Positions 48,500-58,434 of a stretch of DNA of 64,000 nt are shown piece after piece. The position numbers were made by a program, and so were the translations under genes. Source of the stretch: Candidatus Equimonas faecalis (GTDB lineage Bacteria; Bacteroidota; Bacteroidia; Bacteroidales; Bacteroidaceae). The DNA is taken from the NCBI GenBank assembly GCA_018066245.1, contig JAGHRT010000008.1, positions 17,961-81,960 of the forward strand, in the 5' to 3' direction. Position 1 is the first letter of the stretch; each line of letters opens with the position of its first letter. The notes beneath the pieces were generated by a model. It did not search any database. It was given only the letters and a program-made list of their open reading frames with translations, and had not been told where the DNA came from.

Positions 48500-51040
48500 C
48501 TATCCGCAACGCGAGTGGCCGCAGTTGGTACAGATCAGGCAACCTTCCTGATAAACCAGCGTTTCGTTGCCGCAATTCGGACAGGTCTGACCGGAGGCGC
48601 GGGTACCGTCCTGCACATACTTCTTCAGGGCCCGCTCCACGCCGTTCTTCCAGGTGTTGATGTGTTCGCTTTCCAGTTGCAGGGAGCCTACGAGTTTCAG
48701 CACGTTGGTCAGGGGCATACGGTAGCGCAGCACACCGCTGATGAGTTTGGCGTAGTTCCAGTATTCCTTGTTGAAGCGTTCCGACAGGCCCTCAATGGTT
48801 GTCTTATAGCCACGTCGGTTCTCAAACTGGAAGTCGTAGCGCTTGTTGCCCTCTTCATCAAGACTTTTGATGATGTGTCCCTTGACCACGTTCTTGGGCA
48901 GTGCAATGCCGTCCTCATCGTCCAGCACACCCGTGAAAATCTCGTAGGGATAGCCGTCCAGCAGACCTACGAAGGCCACCCACTTCTCCTTGTTGTTTTG
49001 GAAGCGCACTACGTCGCACTCCAAGCTCTTGGGGCGCACTTCCGTCACCACGGGCGGCGGACAATCACAGGGCTTCTTTTCCTTGTCCTCCTTCTTGGTG
49101 GACACGAGCACGCCGCTACGGCTACCGTCGCGATAGACGGTGCAGCCTTTGCAGCCGCTCCGCCAGGCTTCGATGTAAAGCCGATTGACAAGTTCCTCGC
49201 TCACGTCAGACGGCAGATTGATGGTTACGGAAATGGAATGGTCCACCCACTTCTGAATGGCCCCCTGCATCTTCACCTTTTCCATCCAGTCCACATCGGC
49301 GGCGGTGGCCTTGTGATAGGGCGAGCGGCTCACCATTTCGTCAATCTCGGCCTGCGTGTAACGCTTGGCGGTGTCGTAGCCCTTCACCTTCATCCAGGTC
49401 AGGAACTTGGGGTGATAGACAATGTATTCCTCGAAGGAATCGCCCGTTTCATCCACATAGTCCACGCGCACGTTCGTGTCGTTGGGATTCACCTTGCGGC
49501 GGCGCATATACACGGGCATAAAGACGGGCTCTATGCCTGAGGTCGTCTGCGTCATCAGGCTGGTGGTGCCCGTCGGAGCTATGGTCAGGCAGGCTATGTT
49601 GCGGCGTCCGTACTTCGCCATTTCCTCATAGAGTGCAGGGTCGGCCTCCCGCAGACGGGCCACGAAGGGGTTGTTTTGTTCGCGCTGGGCATCGTACACG
49701 TCAAAAGCTCCGCGCTCTTTGGCCATCTGCACGGAACTGCGATAGGCCTCCACGGCCACCGTCCGATGGACTTCGCAGGAGAACTGTGTGGCTTCGGCGG
49801 TACCGTAAGTCAGGCCGAGGGCAGCCAGCATGTCGCCTTCGGCTGTGATTCCCACGCCCGTACGGCGGCCTTTTTTGCTCTTGTCGTAGATTTTCTCCCA
49901 CAGGTGGCGCTCACTCTGCTTGATTTCATCGCTTTCGGGGTCAGCCTCAATTTTGGCTTGTATAAGGCGAATTTTCTCCAGTTCAAGGTCGATGATGTCG
50001 TCCATGATACGCTGGGCCATGCCCACGTGCTGGCGAAATTTCTCAAAGTTGAAGCAGGCTTCTTCTGTAAAGGGATTTTCCACATAACCATACAGATTGA
50101 TGGCCAGCAAGCGACAACTGTCGTAAGGGCAGAGGGGGATTTCGCCGCAGGGGTTTGTGGATATGGTTTTATAGCCTAAATCAGCGTAGCAATCGGGCAC
50201 GGACTCACGAATGATAGTATCCCAGAACAATACGCCAGGCTCCGCACTCTTCCACGCATTGTGTACTATTTTTTTCCAAACCTCCGCAGCTTCCACTTCC
50301 TTCTTCACAAGGGGATTTTCGCCATCGATGGGGTACTGCTGCACAAACTTCTCGCCCTTGATGGCAGCCTGCATGAAGTCGTCGGTGATACGCACGCTCA
50401 CGTTGGCTCCCGTTACCTTGCCCTCCGTCATCTTGGCATCGATGAAGGGCACGCTGTCGGGGTGTTTGATGGACACGGAGAGCATCAATGCGCCGCGCCG
50501 CCCGTCCTGTGCCACCTCGCGCGTAGAGTTGCTGTAGCGCTCCATAAAGGGCACCAGGCCCGTGGAGGTGAGGGCGGAGTTCTTCACCGGTGTGCCCTTG
50601 GGGCGGATGTGCGAAAGGTCGTGGCCCACGCCGCCGCGCCGTTTCATGAGCTGCACCTGCTCTTCGTCAATTCTGATAATGGCGCCGTAGCTATCGGCCT
50701 GGCCGTCAAGGCCTATGACAAAACAATTACTCAGCGAGGCCACCTGATGGTTATTGCCGATGCCCGTCATCGGGCTGCCTGCCGGCACGATGTAGCGGAA
50801 GTGGTCCAACAGGTCAAACACTTCCTGCGCCGTCATGGGATTGGCGTACTGCTGCTCTATGCGTGCTATCTCATGCGCTATGCGCCAGTGCATGTCGGCA
50901 GGCGACTCCTCGTATATATTGCCGAAGGAGTCTTTCATGGCATACTTGTTCACCCACACGCGGGCGGCCAACTCATCGCCATCGAAATACTTGAGCGATG
51001 CTGCGTATGCCTCGTCATACGAATACGTCTTTTGATTCAT
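48500..51040 (-). CDS. nrdJ: Class II (adenosylcobalamin-dependent) ribonucleotide reductase
   Basis: Motifs SLSNCF, RRGGVG, GRRGALM, TNPCGEIPL, IAPTGTTS, GCKGCTVYRDG and C-terminal CPNC..EGC..CTNCG. Start placed at MNQKTY (51040). Confidence 0.94.
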   Translation of the reverse strand: MNQKTYSYDEAYAASLKYFDGDELAARVWVNKYAMKDSFGNIYEESPADMHWRIAHEIARIEQQYANPMTAQEVFDLLDHFRYIVPAGSPMTGIGNNHQVASLSNCFVIGLDGQADSYGAIIRIDEEQVQLMKRRGGVGHDLSHIRPKGTPVKNSALTSTGLVPFMERYSNSTREVAQDGRRGALMLSVSIKHPDSVPFIDAKMTEGKVTGANVSVRITDDFMQAAIKGEKFVQQYPIDGENPLVKKEVEAAEVWKKIVHNAWKSAEPGVLFWDTIIRESVPDCYADLGYKTISTNPCGEIPLCPYDSCRLLAINLYGYVENPFTEEACFNFEKFRQHVGMAQRIMDDIIDLELEKIRLIQAKIEADPESDEIKQSERHLWEKIYDKSKKGRRTGVGITAEGDMLAALGLTYGTAEATQFSCEVHRTVAVEAYRSSVQMAKERGAFDVYDAQREQNNPFVARLREADPALYEEMAKYGRRNIACLTIAPTGTTSLMTQTTSGIEPVFMPVYMRRRKVNPNDTNVRVDYVDETGDSFEEYIVYHPKFLTWMKVKGYDTAKRYTQAEIDEMVSRSPYHKATAADVDWMEKVKMQGAIQKWVDHSISVTINLPSDVSEELVNRLYIEAWRSGCKGCTVYRDGSRSGVLVSTKKEDKEKKPCDCPPPVVTEVRPKSLECDVVRFQNNKEKWVAFVGLLDGYPYEIFTGVLDDEDGIALPKNVVKGHIIKSLDEEGNKRYDFQFENRRGYKTTIEGLSERFNKEYWNYAKLISGVLRYRMPLTNVLKLVGSLQLESEHINTWKNGVERALKKYVQDGTRASGQTCPNCGNETLVYQEGCLICTNCGHSRCG

Positions 51041-51179
51041 TCTTCTTGGCTTATTCTTATCGTTTATTGTTGATTTTCCTTGATGCAACTGTAAGGCGGA
51101 GCCCATTCCCACAAGAGAATGTAGCCCTTCTGCCCGCCTTCGGGGGCGGTCAAGGCCGCTCCGAACCCGAAAACGTATG

Positions 51180-51187
51180 CAAAGTTA
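51180..51187 (-). promoter_or_regulatory. -7 promoter element TAACTTTG of nrdJ
   Basis: TAnnTTTG 140 nt upstream of the ATG, implying a leader of about 130 nt. Confidence 0.6.
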
Positions 51188-51376
51188 CAAAACTTCCCCG
51201 ACATACGGACATATTTCAGGAGAAAAGTTAGAAAATAAACAACGGCCCGCCATTCCTCCTCCATCGGTCGCTTCGGGTCTGCCGGGAGCGAGACCGACCG
51301 CTCTTGCCGCAATTCCCTTCACAGGGATTCCGTGCAAAGAAGGAGCGCCAAACGTTCCCTTCCCTAAAGGGGGAAG

Positions 51377-51435
51377 AAACTCTCCCATACAGTAGGAAAA
51401 ATTAGTCCGCCGAGAGTTTTTATTAGTCCGCCGAA
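51377..51435. repeat. Dispersed-family repeat cluster
   Basis: cccatacagtaggaaaaa followed by two copies of ttagtccgccga at 21-bp spacing. Confidence 0.75.
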
Positions 51436-51477
51436 AGGAAATGCCAGCGTAGGGAGTAGTCCGAAGCCCGGCATAGG

Positions 51478-51516
51478 AAGAGGGGCAGGCTTCGCGGTTG
51501 GAAGTCTGCCCCTCTT
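51478..51516. terminator. Hairpin downstream of rny
   Basis: Inverted repeat aagaggggcaggcttc / gaagtctgcccctctt. Confidence 0.6.
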
Positions 51517-51541
51517 GCCGACGGGTTGTACCGAAGCCGGA

Positions 51542-53119
51542 CTACTTGGCGTAGCTCACGGCGCGGGTTTCGCGGATAACGGTGATTTTCACCTGTCCCG
51601 GATAGGTCATTTCGTTCTGGATGCGGAGCGCGATGGCGTTGCTGATTTCCTCGATTTGCTCGTCGCTCACCTTATCGGCCCCGACGATGACGCGAAGTTC
51701 GCGGCCCGCCTGTATGGCGTAGGTCTTGGTAACGCCTTCGTAGGACGAGGCGATGGCTTCGAGGTCGTGGAGGCGCTTTATGTAGGCTTCGGCAATCTCG
51801 CGGCGAGCGCCGGGGCGTGCGCCGCTTATGGCGTCGCAGGCAAGCACAATGGGGGCAAGGAGGGTCGTCATTTCCATCTCCTCATGGTGTGCGCCTATGG
51901 CATTCACTATTTCGGGCTTCTCCTTGTATTTTTCCGCGAGCTTGGCTCCGTAGAGGGCGTGGGGGAGTTCCTCCTCCTCGTCGGGCACCTTGCCTATGTC
52001 GTGGAGGAGGCCGGCACGCTTGGCCTTCTTGGCATTGAGGCCGAGTTCGGCGGCCATGACGGCGCATAGGTTGGCAGTCTCGCGGGCGTGCTGGAGGAGG
52101 TTCTGTCCGTAGGAAGAGCGATACTTCATCTTACCGACGATGCGCACGAGTTCGGGGTGGAGGCCGTGAATGCCGAGGTCAATGGTGGTGCGCTTACCGG
52201 TTTCCATGACTTCCTCCTCAACCTGCTTCTTCACCTTGGCCACGACTTCCTCGATGCGGGCGGGATGGATGCGTCCGTCGGCAATCAGCTGATGGAGAGC
52301 CAGGCGGGCTATCTCGCGGCGCACGGGGTCGAAACCGCTGATTACGATGCTTTCAGGCGTGTCGTCCACTACGATTTCCACACCGGCGGCAGCTTCCAGG
52401 GCGCGTATGTTGCGGCCCTCGCGGCCTATGATGCGGCCTTTCATCTCGTCGTTTTCAATGTGGAACACCGTTACGCTGTTTTCCACGGCTGTCTCGGTGG
52501 CTACGCGCTGTATGCTTTGTATGATAATGCGCTTGGCCTCCTTGGCGGCGTTGAGGCGGGCATCGTCCACGATTTCATTAACGTAGGCCTGAGCCTCGGT
52601 CTGAGCCTCGGCACGGATGCCGTCGATGAGTTGCTTTTTCGCTTCCTCTGCCGAAAGTCCACCTATTTCCTCAAGGCGCTGGCGGGCTTGTGCGTCAAGG
52701 TCGGCCAGTTGGAGTTCACGCTGCTCAAGGACTTGGCGGTCGTTTTCAAGGTCGAGTTGGGCCTGCTGGAGCTTCTGCTCACGTCCGGCTATCTCGTTCT
52801 GTTCCTTTTCCACGGCCTGCTTCTGGCGATTAAGCTCATCAAGACGACGGAGGGCTTCGTCGTTGCGCTGCTTCAGCTTGTTCTCATTCGTAACGAGGTC
52901 TTGGGTACGGCGCTGCACGTCTTTCTCGTGCTCGGCCTTCATGTTGAGTAGGGTTTCTTTGGCTTCGAGGAGTTTTTCCTCTTTAAGTACTTTGGCTTGC
53001 TGCTCGGCTTCCTGTACGATGCCGTGCGCCTTTTCGCGGGCGGCCTTCTGTACGAAATAGTAGCTTGCCGCAAGCACAGCTCCGGCTACAATTATGCCGA
53101 TGATGACAGTAACAATCAT
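51542..53119 (-). CDS. rny: Ribonuclease Y
   Basis: N-terminal TM and coiled coil; KH motif [13 protein letters not shown]; HD motif GLLHDIGK; [12 protein letters not shown]. Confidence 0.97.
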   Translation of the reverse strand: MIVTVIIGIIVAGAVLAASYYFVQKAAREKAHGIVQEAEQQAKVLKEEKLLEAKETLLNMKAEHEKDVQRRTQDLVTNENKLKQRNDEALRRLDELNRQKQAVEKEQNEIAGREQKLQQAQLDLENDRQVLEQRELQLADLDAQARQRLEEIGGLSAEEAKKQLIDGIRAEAQTEAQAYVNEIVDDARLNAAKEAKRIIIQSIQRVATETAVENSVTVFHIENDEMKGRIIGREGRNIRALEAAAGVEIVVDDTPESIVISGFDPVRREIARLALHQLIADGRIHPARIEEVVAKVKKQVEEEVMETGKRTTIDLGIHGLHPELVRIVGKMKYRSSYGQNLLQHARETANLCAVMAAELGLNAKKAKRAGLLHDIGKVPDEEEELPHALYGAKLAEKYKEKPEIVNAIGAHHEEMEMTTLLAPIVLACDAISGARPGARREIAEAYIKRLHDLEAIASSYEGVTKTYAIQAGRELRVIVGADKVSDEQIEEISNAIALRIQNEMTYPGQVKITVIRETRAVSYAK

Positions 53120-53246
53120 AATTAGTTGTGAGATGTGAAAAAATAAGAAATTAGGGATTAGATGTAAAAAGTGGGATTGGAATCAGGGGGGTCGGTCGGA
53201 CAGTTTCCCTTGCGAGAGGAGTGCCTTGAAGTCTCGTTGCGACGGG

Positions 53247-53528
53247 TTACAGCACCTCATCGATTTCTTCGCTCATCAGGCGGACAGATTTGAGAATGTC
53301 GGTGGCATCCTGACTTATTTGGCCGCGAACAAGACGTACCGCAATGTCAAACATCGTAGCCATTATGTAGTCGTGGTCGGTCTTGCCGGGAAAATGCTCG
53401 GTGTAGCGGGCCAGTTTCTCGTTGATGAGGTTGGCTGCGGCGCGGTAGGCTTCCTCGTGTTCTCGGGGCACGGGGTATTTATACTCTCTCGGGCCTACGA
53501 AAAGGGTGATGGTAAGGCGGTTGTCCAT
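53247..53528 (-). CDS. zapA: Cell division protein ZapA
   Basis: Motif REY..EEAYRAAANLINE; expected size; position upstream of rny. Confidence 0.8.
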   Translation of the reverse strand: MDNRLTITLFVGPREYKYPVPREHEEAYRAAANLINEKLARYTEHFPGKTDHDYIMATMFDIAVRLVRGQISQDATDILKSVRLMSEEIDEVL

Positions 53529-53535
53529 AGCGGGG

Positions 53536-53829
53536 CTATACGTTTAATAGGGCTATACATTTGTCCACTTCCCTTATCATGGCAGCTATGCGGCTCCGTG
53601 CGGATTCGATGTCGCCGGAGGAGAGTTCAAGCATCTTGCCTGCCTTGAAGTCGCCGAGTTGTTGCTGAATGCGGACATTGTCGGCGGTGAGACTTTTGAT
53701 TTGCGCCTCCCGCTCATCGACGAGTGCATAGAGTTCGTCGTTTTCCTGCTTGAGTGCGCGGTACTTTCCTACGAGTGTGCGTACCTTGGCCTCAAACTGA
53801 TGGAACAGGCGTTCTTCCTCTTTTGTCAT
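53536..53829 (-). CDS. Coiled-coil protein (ZapB-like) upstream of zapA
   Basis: Heptad pattern and C-terminal MIREVDKCIALLN. Confidence 0.75.
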   Translation of the reverse strand: MTKEEERLFHQFEAKVRTLVGKYRALKQENDELYALVDEREAQIKSLTADNVRIQQQLGDFKAGKMLELSSGDIESARSRIAAMIREVDKCIALLNV

Positions 53830-53886
53830 AAGCGCGGATGATTAAGGGTTGGAGAGATATCGTTTACCCTGTCGGGAGGCCGGGAC

Positions 53887-54516
53887 TCACTCCTCAGCCT
53901 TCTTGGGTTCTTTCTTGGCGAGGATGATAATGTTATAGACGTATTCTGTCATCCACTGGGCAGTAAAGCCGAGGCGGCCTTGGTATTGGCGCACGTTGTT
54001 GCAGGCTTTTTGCACGCCCTCGTCTTTCCACACGGGCTTGTTCAGGACGTCGTTGATTTGCTTCTCCGTGAGGTTGTAGAGAGCCTTGCGGAAGAAGGAG
54101 GGAAGGCGGAACTTCCATTTCATAAGGTTGCCCATGAGCATCATGAGCTCCTGCGAGAAGCCCTGGAACTGGATGAGATAGGTCTGCACGTCGCGCACGT
54201 TGTGGCAGTTCTTTTTCAGGCTTTTGTCAACCTCCGTGAAGAAGGAATCGCTTAGGCCGTAGATTTCCTGGAGCATCTTTCGGCAACGGGTGCGCTCCCC
54301 CAGTCCCAAGCGGTTGTTCACTGTGGGCACCTTGAGGGTTTGTTTGAACACGCGGAGGTCGGGCAGCATGGCGAGGTTGCTGATTCCGTAGGTGGAGGCC
54401 ATGGCTGATTGGAAGTAAACGCGGATGAGCGTCATGAAGTCCTCCATTCCTCCTACGCGCCAGCCGCTTTCCTGCTGCGTGTCTTTACGATGGAATATCT
54501 TGCTGAGCAGTGACAT
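53887..54516 (-). CDS. Conserved hypothetical protein
   Basis: Clean 209-aa ORF heading the zapA-rny operon, with an upstream promoter element. Confidence 0.8.
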   Translation of the reverse strand: MSLLSKIFHRKDTQQESGWRVGGMEDFMTLIRVYFQSAMASTYGISNLAMLPDLRVFKQTLKVPTVNNRLGLGERTRCRKMLQEIYGLSDSFFTEVDKSLKKNCHNVRDVQTYLIQFQGFSQELMMLMGNLMKWKFRLPSFFRKALYNLTEKQINDVLNKPVWKDEGVQKACNNVRQYQGRLGFTAQWMTEYVYNIIILAKKEPKKAEE

Positions 54517-54565
54517 TTTGTTGTTGTGCTTTTGTTTTTTTGTAGCTGTAAATGTATAAGTGCTG

Positions 54566-54573
54566 CAAAGATA
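54566..54573 (-). promoter_or_regulatory. -7 promoter element TATCTTTG of the zapA-rny operon
   Basis: TAnnTTTG match 50 nt upstream of the ATG. Confidence 0.6.
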
Positions 54574-54714
54574 CTAAAAAAATGCGACTTACAGGCTATC
54601 TTTCCGCAAAAAAAGTTTAGGCGGCCTCATTTTGCGGGCAGAAGTGCGCATTTTACAGGTTGCCGGAAGGGGTTTACCGTTCGCCTTATATAATATAAAG
54701 AGGAGTATCTATAA

Positions 54715-54770
54715 TGCAAGGAGGTGCATCGGGAGCCGCTTCCTTGCGGTTTCCTGACGCACCTCCTGCA
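54715..54770. terminator. Long hairpin downstream of the aminopeptidase gene
   Basis: ggaggtgc..ggga.ccgc pairs with gcgg.ttcc..gcacctcc. Confidence 0.55.
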
Positions 54771-54792
54771 AGATTTCTCGGAGCGCGAGGAC

Positions 54793-56007
54793 TTAGAGGC
54801 CCAGCTTTTTGAGAATGTGCTTGGGCACGGCGTTCTTGTTGATTACGATGTTCATGGTCTTGTAGGCGACATAAGGCTTGCTGACGTACCAGAAGCCCTT
54901 GTAGGGTCCGTAGTCGCCCCACGAGTTCTTCATCATGAAGTATTCCTTGCCGTTCTGATCCTTGGCAATGCCGTAGATTTGCATACCGTGGTCGTCGGTC
55001 GTGGTCCAATTGTCGTAGCCTTCCTGACGCATTTCCTGCGTGATGGTCTTCTCGCCTGCGGCATCGTCTTCGCTGAGTTTTACGCCAGCCTTTTCACCCG
55101 TCCAGCGGCTCTGGTCGGAACCCACGCTGGAGGTTACCTTGGTGTCGGGGACGGTGGCCACGCACTGGTTTTTGCTGCCACGGCGGGCAAAACCACTTTC
55201 GCTTACGTCGGCTCCCCATGCGAAGGTCCAGCCATTGCGCACGGCGCTCTCCATGACTTCCATAAACTCGTCGAGGGGCAGGTTGTAGCTGCTTGCCCAA
55301 CGCCAGTTGTCCTGTATCTCAAGGATAAAGGATTCATAGAAGGGGTGGTGAGTATAGGAGGTGAGGGAGATATAGTCGTCGGGGTTGAGGCCGAGGCTCT
55401 GGGCATAGGTCTGCGGGGTGTAGGACTTGCCCTTGTAGGTGAAGGTTACGGGACACTCGCCGAAGTAGTTGTCCAGCATACTCTGCACGGACTTTTTCCA
55501 GGCGGGGTTCAACTTTTTGGAGTCGCTGGTGGCGATGCTCTTGAGGTAGGCCTCCATGGGCGGGAAGAAGGAGTCGAAGTTGTAGAGGGAATCGCCGTAG
55601 AGCGTTTCGGGGTAGGGCATAATGCCTTCGGGCATCAAGCCGTAATGCTTGAGGCAGTAGATGGCATCATAGAAGGAGCCGCCCTGACTGAAGGAGGCAT
55701 CGCCGTGGGTACGGACGTGGCGGTCGGCACGGTCGGTATAGGTCTTGCTCACAAGGAAGCTCTCGCACAGGTCAATGTCCTCGGGCTTCATATCGGGGTG
55801 CTTTTTGAGCACCTCACTCTCAAGGAAGGCGAAGGAGGAGTAGGCCCAGCAAGTACCGGAGTGGTTCTGATTTTTGATACTGGTAACGCGGTTTTGAACG
55901 ACGGGGGTGAACACGAGGCTGTCGTTCTTGGCCTCTTTTTTAGTGTCCTCGGCCACGGCAGGGGTCAGGCAGAGCGTGGCGATTGCAAGAAGGTATAGTT
56001 TTTTCAT
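54793..56007 (-). CDS. pepC: Secreted C1 family cysteine aminopeptidase (PepC-like)
   Basis: Signal peptide; catalytic motifs QNHSGTCW, DDHGM and KNSWG. Confidence 0.88.
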   Translation of the reverse strand: MKKLYLLAIATLCLTPAVAEDTKKEAKNDSLVFTPVVQNRVTSIKNQNHSGTCWAYSSFAFLESEVLKKHPDMKPEDIDLCESFLVSKTYTDRADRHVRTHGDASFSQGGSFYDAIYCLKHYGLMPEGIMPYPETLYGDSLYNFDSFFPPMEAYLKSIATSDSKKLNPAWKKSVQSMLDNYFGECPVTFTYKGKSYTPQTYAQSLGLNPDDYISLTSYTHHPFYESFILEIQDNWRWASSYNLPLDEFMEVMESAVRNGWTFAWGADVSESGFARRGSKNQCVATVPDTKVTSSVGSDQSRWTGEKAGVKLSEDDAAGEKTITQEMRQEGYDNWTTTDDHGMQIYGIAKDQNGKEYFMMKNSWGDYGPYKGFWYVSKPYVAYKTMNIVINKNAVPKHILKKLGL

Positions 56008-56030
56008 AAAAGTTTGGGTTGAATTTTTTG

Positions 56031-56038
56031 CAAAGGTA
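56031..56038 (-). promoter_or_regulatory. -7 promoter element TACCTTTG of pepC
   Basis: TAnnTTTG 24 nt upstream of the ATG. Confidence 0.62.
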
Positions 56039-56132
56039 CGATTTTCTTACCGAACAGCCAAGTTCACGCTCCTGAAAGTGGCGTTTTTCACGCCTTTTCC
56101 CCCGAAATCTTTCACTCCGCTCCTCAAAAGCC

Positions 56133-57929
56133 TCACCGGCCGTAGGGCCACCTGTCCTTCAAGAGGCGCGGCCGGTCGGTGCGATAGTCGGGCGAAAGGG
56201 GGTCGCGGTCGGCACGATAGTAGGGTGTGGGCAACTGGGCCATGCCGAAGAGGATGTGGCAGAGGTCGTCGGTCATGAAGGGCAGGGCGGCCGCAGCCCG
56301 CAATCGTTGCTGGAAGCGGGGATGCGTGCGGCGGAAGGCTGCGGAAGTCCAGACGAAGAAGGGCACCTCGTACTCATGGCGCACCACATCGGCGGACGGA
56401 TGCGACCGGTGGTTGCGCCCGTACATCCTCAGCGGGGCATCGTACACCTCCTCGCCGTGGTCGCTGAAATAGATGAGCACAGCCTCGCGGTTGCGGTAGC
56501 GCTTAATCAGACGGCGCAGCACCTCGTCGTTGTAGCGGGTGGCATTGTCGTAGTCGGCCAGCGTCTGCCGTTGCGCCTCCTTGAGGTCGGGACGGTTGTA
56601 GTCGGAGGCCTTCCACTTTTTCCAGGACGCGGGCACACGCAGGGCGGCATCCATGTGCTGGCCGATGAGGTGGACAATCTGGAGGGTGGGCTGAGGCAGC
56701 GTGTCGGAGAGTTCGCCCAGCAGGGGGCCGTCGTACTGGTATTTATGGCAGTTGCGATGGGAAAAAGCCAAGGAGTCGAGGGGCTGGGCGTTGAGGAAGA
56801 AGGAACCGGAGTAGTCTATCTTGTTCTGGCGGGAGGAGGGCACATACTGATTGGTTACGAAGCTCACGCTCCACCCTGCCCTGCGGAACAGCGCGGGCCA
56901 GAAGATGCCGTCGGCCCAGGATTTGTCGTGCCCTACGCTGGCCGTGCTGAACACCCACTTGAACACCTGCGACGTTACGTTGTACGGGCTCACCACATCG
57001 GTGAAGGCCACGAGCGTGCCCTGCCGTTTCAAGCGGCTGAGCGTGGGCGTGGTGGGGCGGTCGTAGCCGTAGATTTGCGCATGGTACTTGTTGTAGCTCT
57101 CGCCTATGACAACCACGATTTCGGGTTTGGCGACAAGGCTGTCGGCTGTCTGGACGGGTGCTTGTTCAAGGGCGCGGAGCGTATTGTCCGCGAAGCGCTG
57201 TCCCTCCTGCTGCATAAGTCCCCAGAACTTCAGGCAGTAGAGGAGGCGCATGGGGGAGCTGTAGTAGGGCCGGCTGCTGACGCGCTCCACTTTGCCGCTA
57301 TCGGCAGAACAGAGGAAGCCAAGCATATCGCTTCGCCTCTCAGCCCAGGGACGCACCGTGGTAACGATGAGCACAAGGGCGGCTACGGCAAGGATGAGGG
57401 TGGCCGTATGGCGCACGAGGCGCGTGGCGCAAGGGGAGAGCCGCCGTGCGACGCGCCTCTTCAGCCAGCCGCCGGCTTCGCACAGGGCTTCGCCCGTGAG
57501 GAGTAGGCAGACGAAAGTCGTCAGCGTACTCCAGAAGGCTTTACTGCGCAGGCAGACACGGAGGAACTCGCCTGTCTCCTCGCCATCGGTCTCAGCCACG
57601 AGACAGAACATCGTAGGCTCAAAGACCATGTGAAAGCGCTGGCGGAGAAAGGCTTCCGTACCGGCAATGAGCAGCAGCACACCGACTGCGGCCCCTCTCA
57701 CCCACGGGCGCAAACGGTGCGGCAGGAGGCACAGCGTGGCGGCCAGCAGATAGAGCGTGAGGAGGTAGTCGGCAAGGCACTGTCCCGCCTGGCGGCGTGA
57801 CGGGAGGCCGATGAGGTGGAAGGCCACCAACTGTACGGCAAGGAGCAGGAGCACAAGCCCTGCCTCCTGCCTGAGGGGGCGGGCGCACAGGGCCAGTAGG
57901 GCGTAGAGGCGTTGCAGGAAGGATTTCAT
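56133..57929 (-). CDS. Phosphoethanolamine transferase (EptA/CptA family)
   Basis: N-terminal TM helices; motifs ETD.EE..EF, VVVIGES, YGYDRPTTP, HLIGQH, YDNA and YFSDHGE. Confidence 0.88.
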   Translation of the reverse strand: MKSFLQRLYALLALCARPLRQEAGLVLLLLAVQLVAFHLIGLPSRRQAGQCLADYLLTLYLLAATLCLLPHRLRPWVRGAAVGVLLLIAGTEAFLRQRFHMVFEPTMFCLVAETDGEETGEFLRVCLRSKAFWSTLTTFVCLLLTGEALCEAGGWLKRRVARRLSPCATRLVRHTATLILAVAALVLIVTTVRPWAERRSDMLGFLCSADSGKVERVSSRPYYSSPMRLLYCLKFWGLMQQEGQRFADNTLRALEQAPVQTADSLVAKPEIVVVIGESYNKYHAQIYGYDRPTTPTLSRLKRQGTLVAFTDVVSPYNVTSQVFKWVFSTASVGHDKSWADGIFWPALFRRAGWSVSFVTNQYVPSSRQNKIDYSGSFFLNAQPLDSLAFSHRNCHKYQYDGPLLGELSDTLPQPTLQIVHLIGQHMDAALRVPASWKKWKASDYNRPDLKEAQRQTLADYDNATRYNDEVLRRLIKRYRNREAVLIYFSDHGEEVYDAPLRMYGRNHRSHPSADVVRHEYEVPFFVWTSAAFRRTHPRFQQRLRAAAALPFMTDDLCHILFGMAQLPTPYYRADRDPLSPDYRTDRPRLLKDRWPYGR

Positions 57930-57960
57930 AACATGGATAATGCTGGGCAGTGGGCCTGGG

Positions 57961-58434
57961 CTACGCGTGATGATAGGGCTCTCCGCGCTGAATGGTCATA
58001 GCGCGGTAGAGCTGTTCCACACAGAAGAGGCGCACCATCTGGTGGGAGAATGTCATCTGCGAAAGGCTGAGTTTCTCCTTGGCTGCCGCATACACGGCGG
58101 GCGAAAAGCCGTAAGGGCCGCCCACGGCCAGCACGAGCCGCCGTGCGCCCGAAGCCTGCCGCTTTTCAAGGTACTGGCTGAAAGCCACGCTGCCCATCTC
58201 GCGCCCGTTCTCATCGAAAAGCACGAGCCAGTCGCCTTCGGCAAGGCGTTCCAGCAGGAGCTGGCCCTCGCGCTCCTTTTGCTGCTGGGGCGTGAGCGAC
58301 TTGGTCTGCCGGAGGTCGGGGATGACTTCCATCTGGAAGGGGATATAGTGGGTCAGTCGGCTGACATAGTCGTCGATGAGCGACTGAAGGCGGCCGTCGG
58401 TAGTGCGGCCAATGACGATAAGCTGGATTTTCAT
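57961..58434 (-). CDS. rlmH: 23S rRNA pseudouridine-1915 N3-methyltransferase
   Basis: Start MKIQLIVIG (58434); motifs GGPYGF, LSLSQMTFSHQMVR and EQLYRA..GEPYHH. Confidence 0.95.
   Translation of the reverse strand: MKIQLIVIGRTTDGRLQSLIDDYVSRLTHYIPFQMEVIPDLRQTKSLTPQQQKEREGQLLLERLAEGDWLVLFDENGREMGSVAFSQYLEKRQASGARRLVLAVGGPYGFSPAVYAAAKEKLSLSQMTFSHQMVRLFCVEQLYRAMTIQRGEPYHHA

Noticed and set aside
51083-51095. GCAACTGTAA, resembling a cobalamin riboswitch core near nrdJ
   Set aside because: It lies on the non-transcribed strand, and the other elements (AGGGAA..CCG, GCCACTG, B12 box) are missing.
53120-53246. 6S RNA expected between zapA and rny
   Set aside because: The gap is only 127 nt and no long irregular hairpin is visible.
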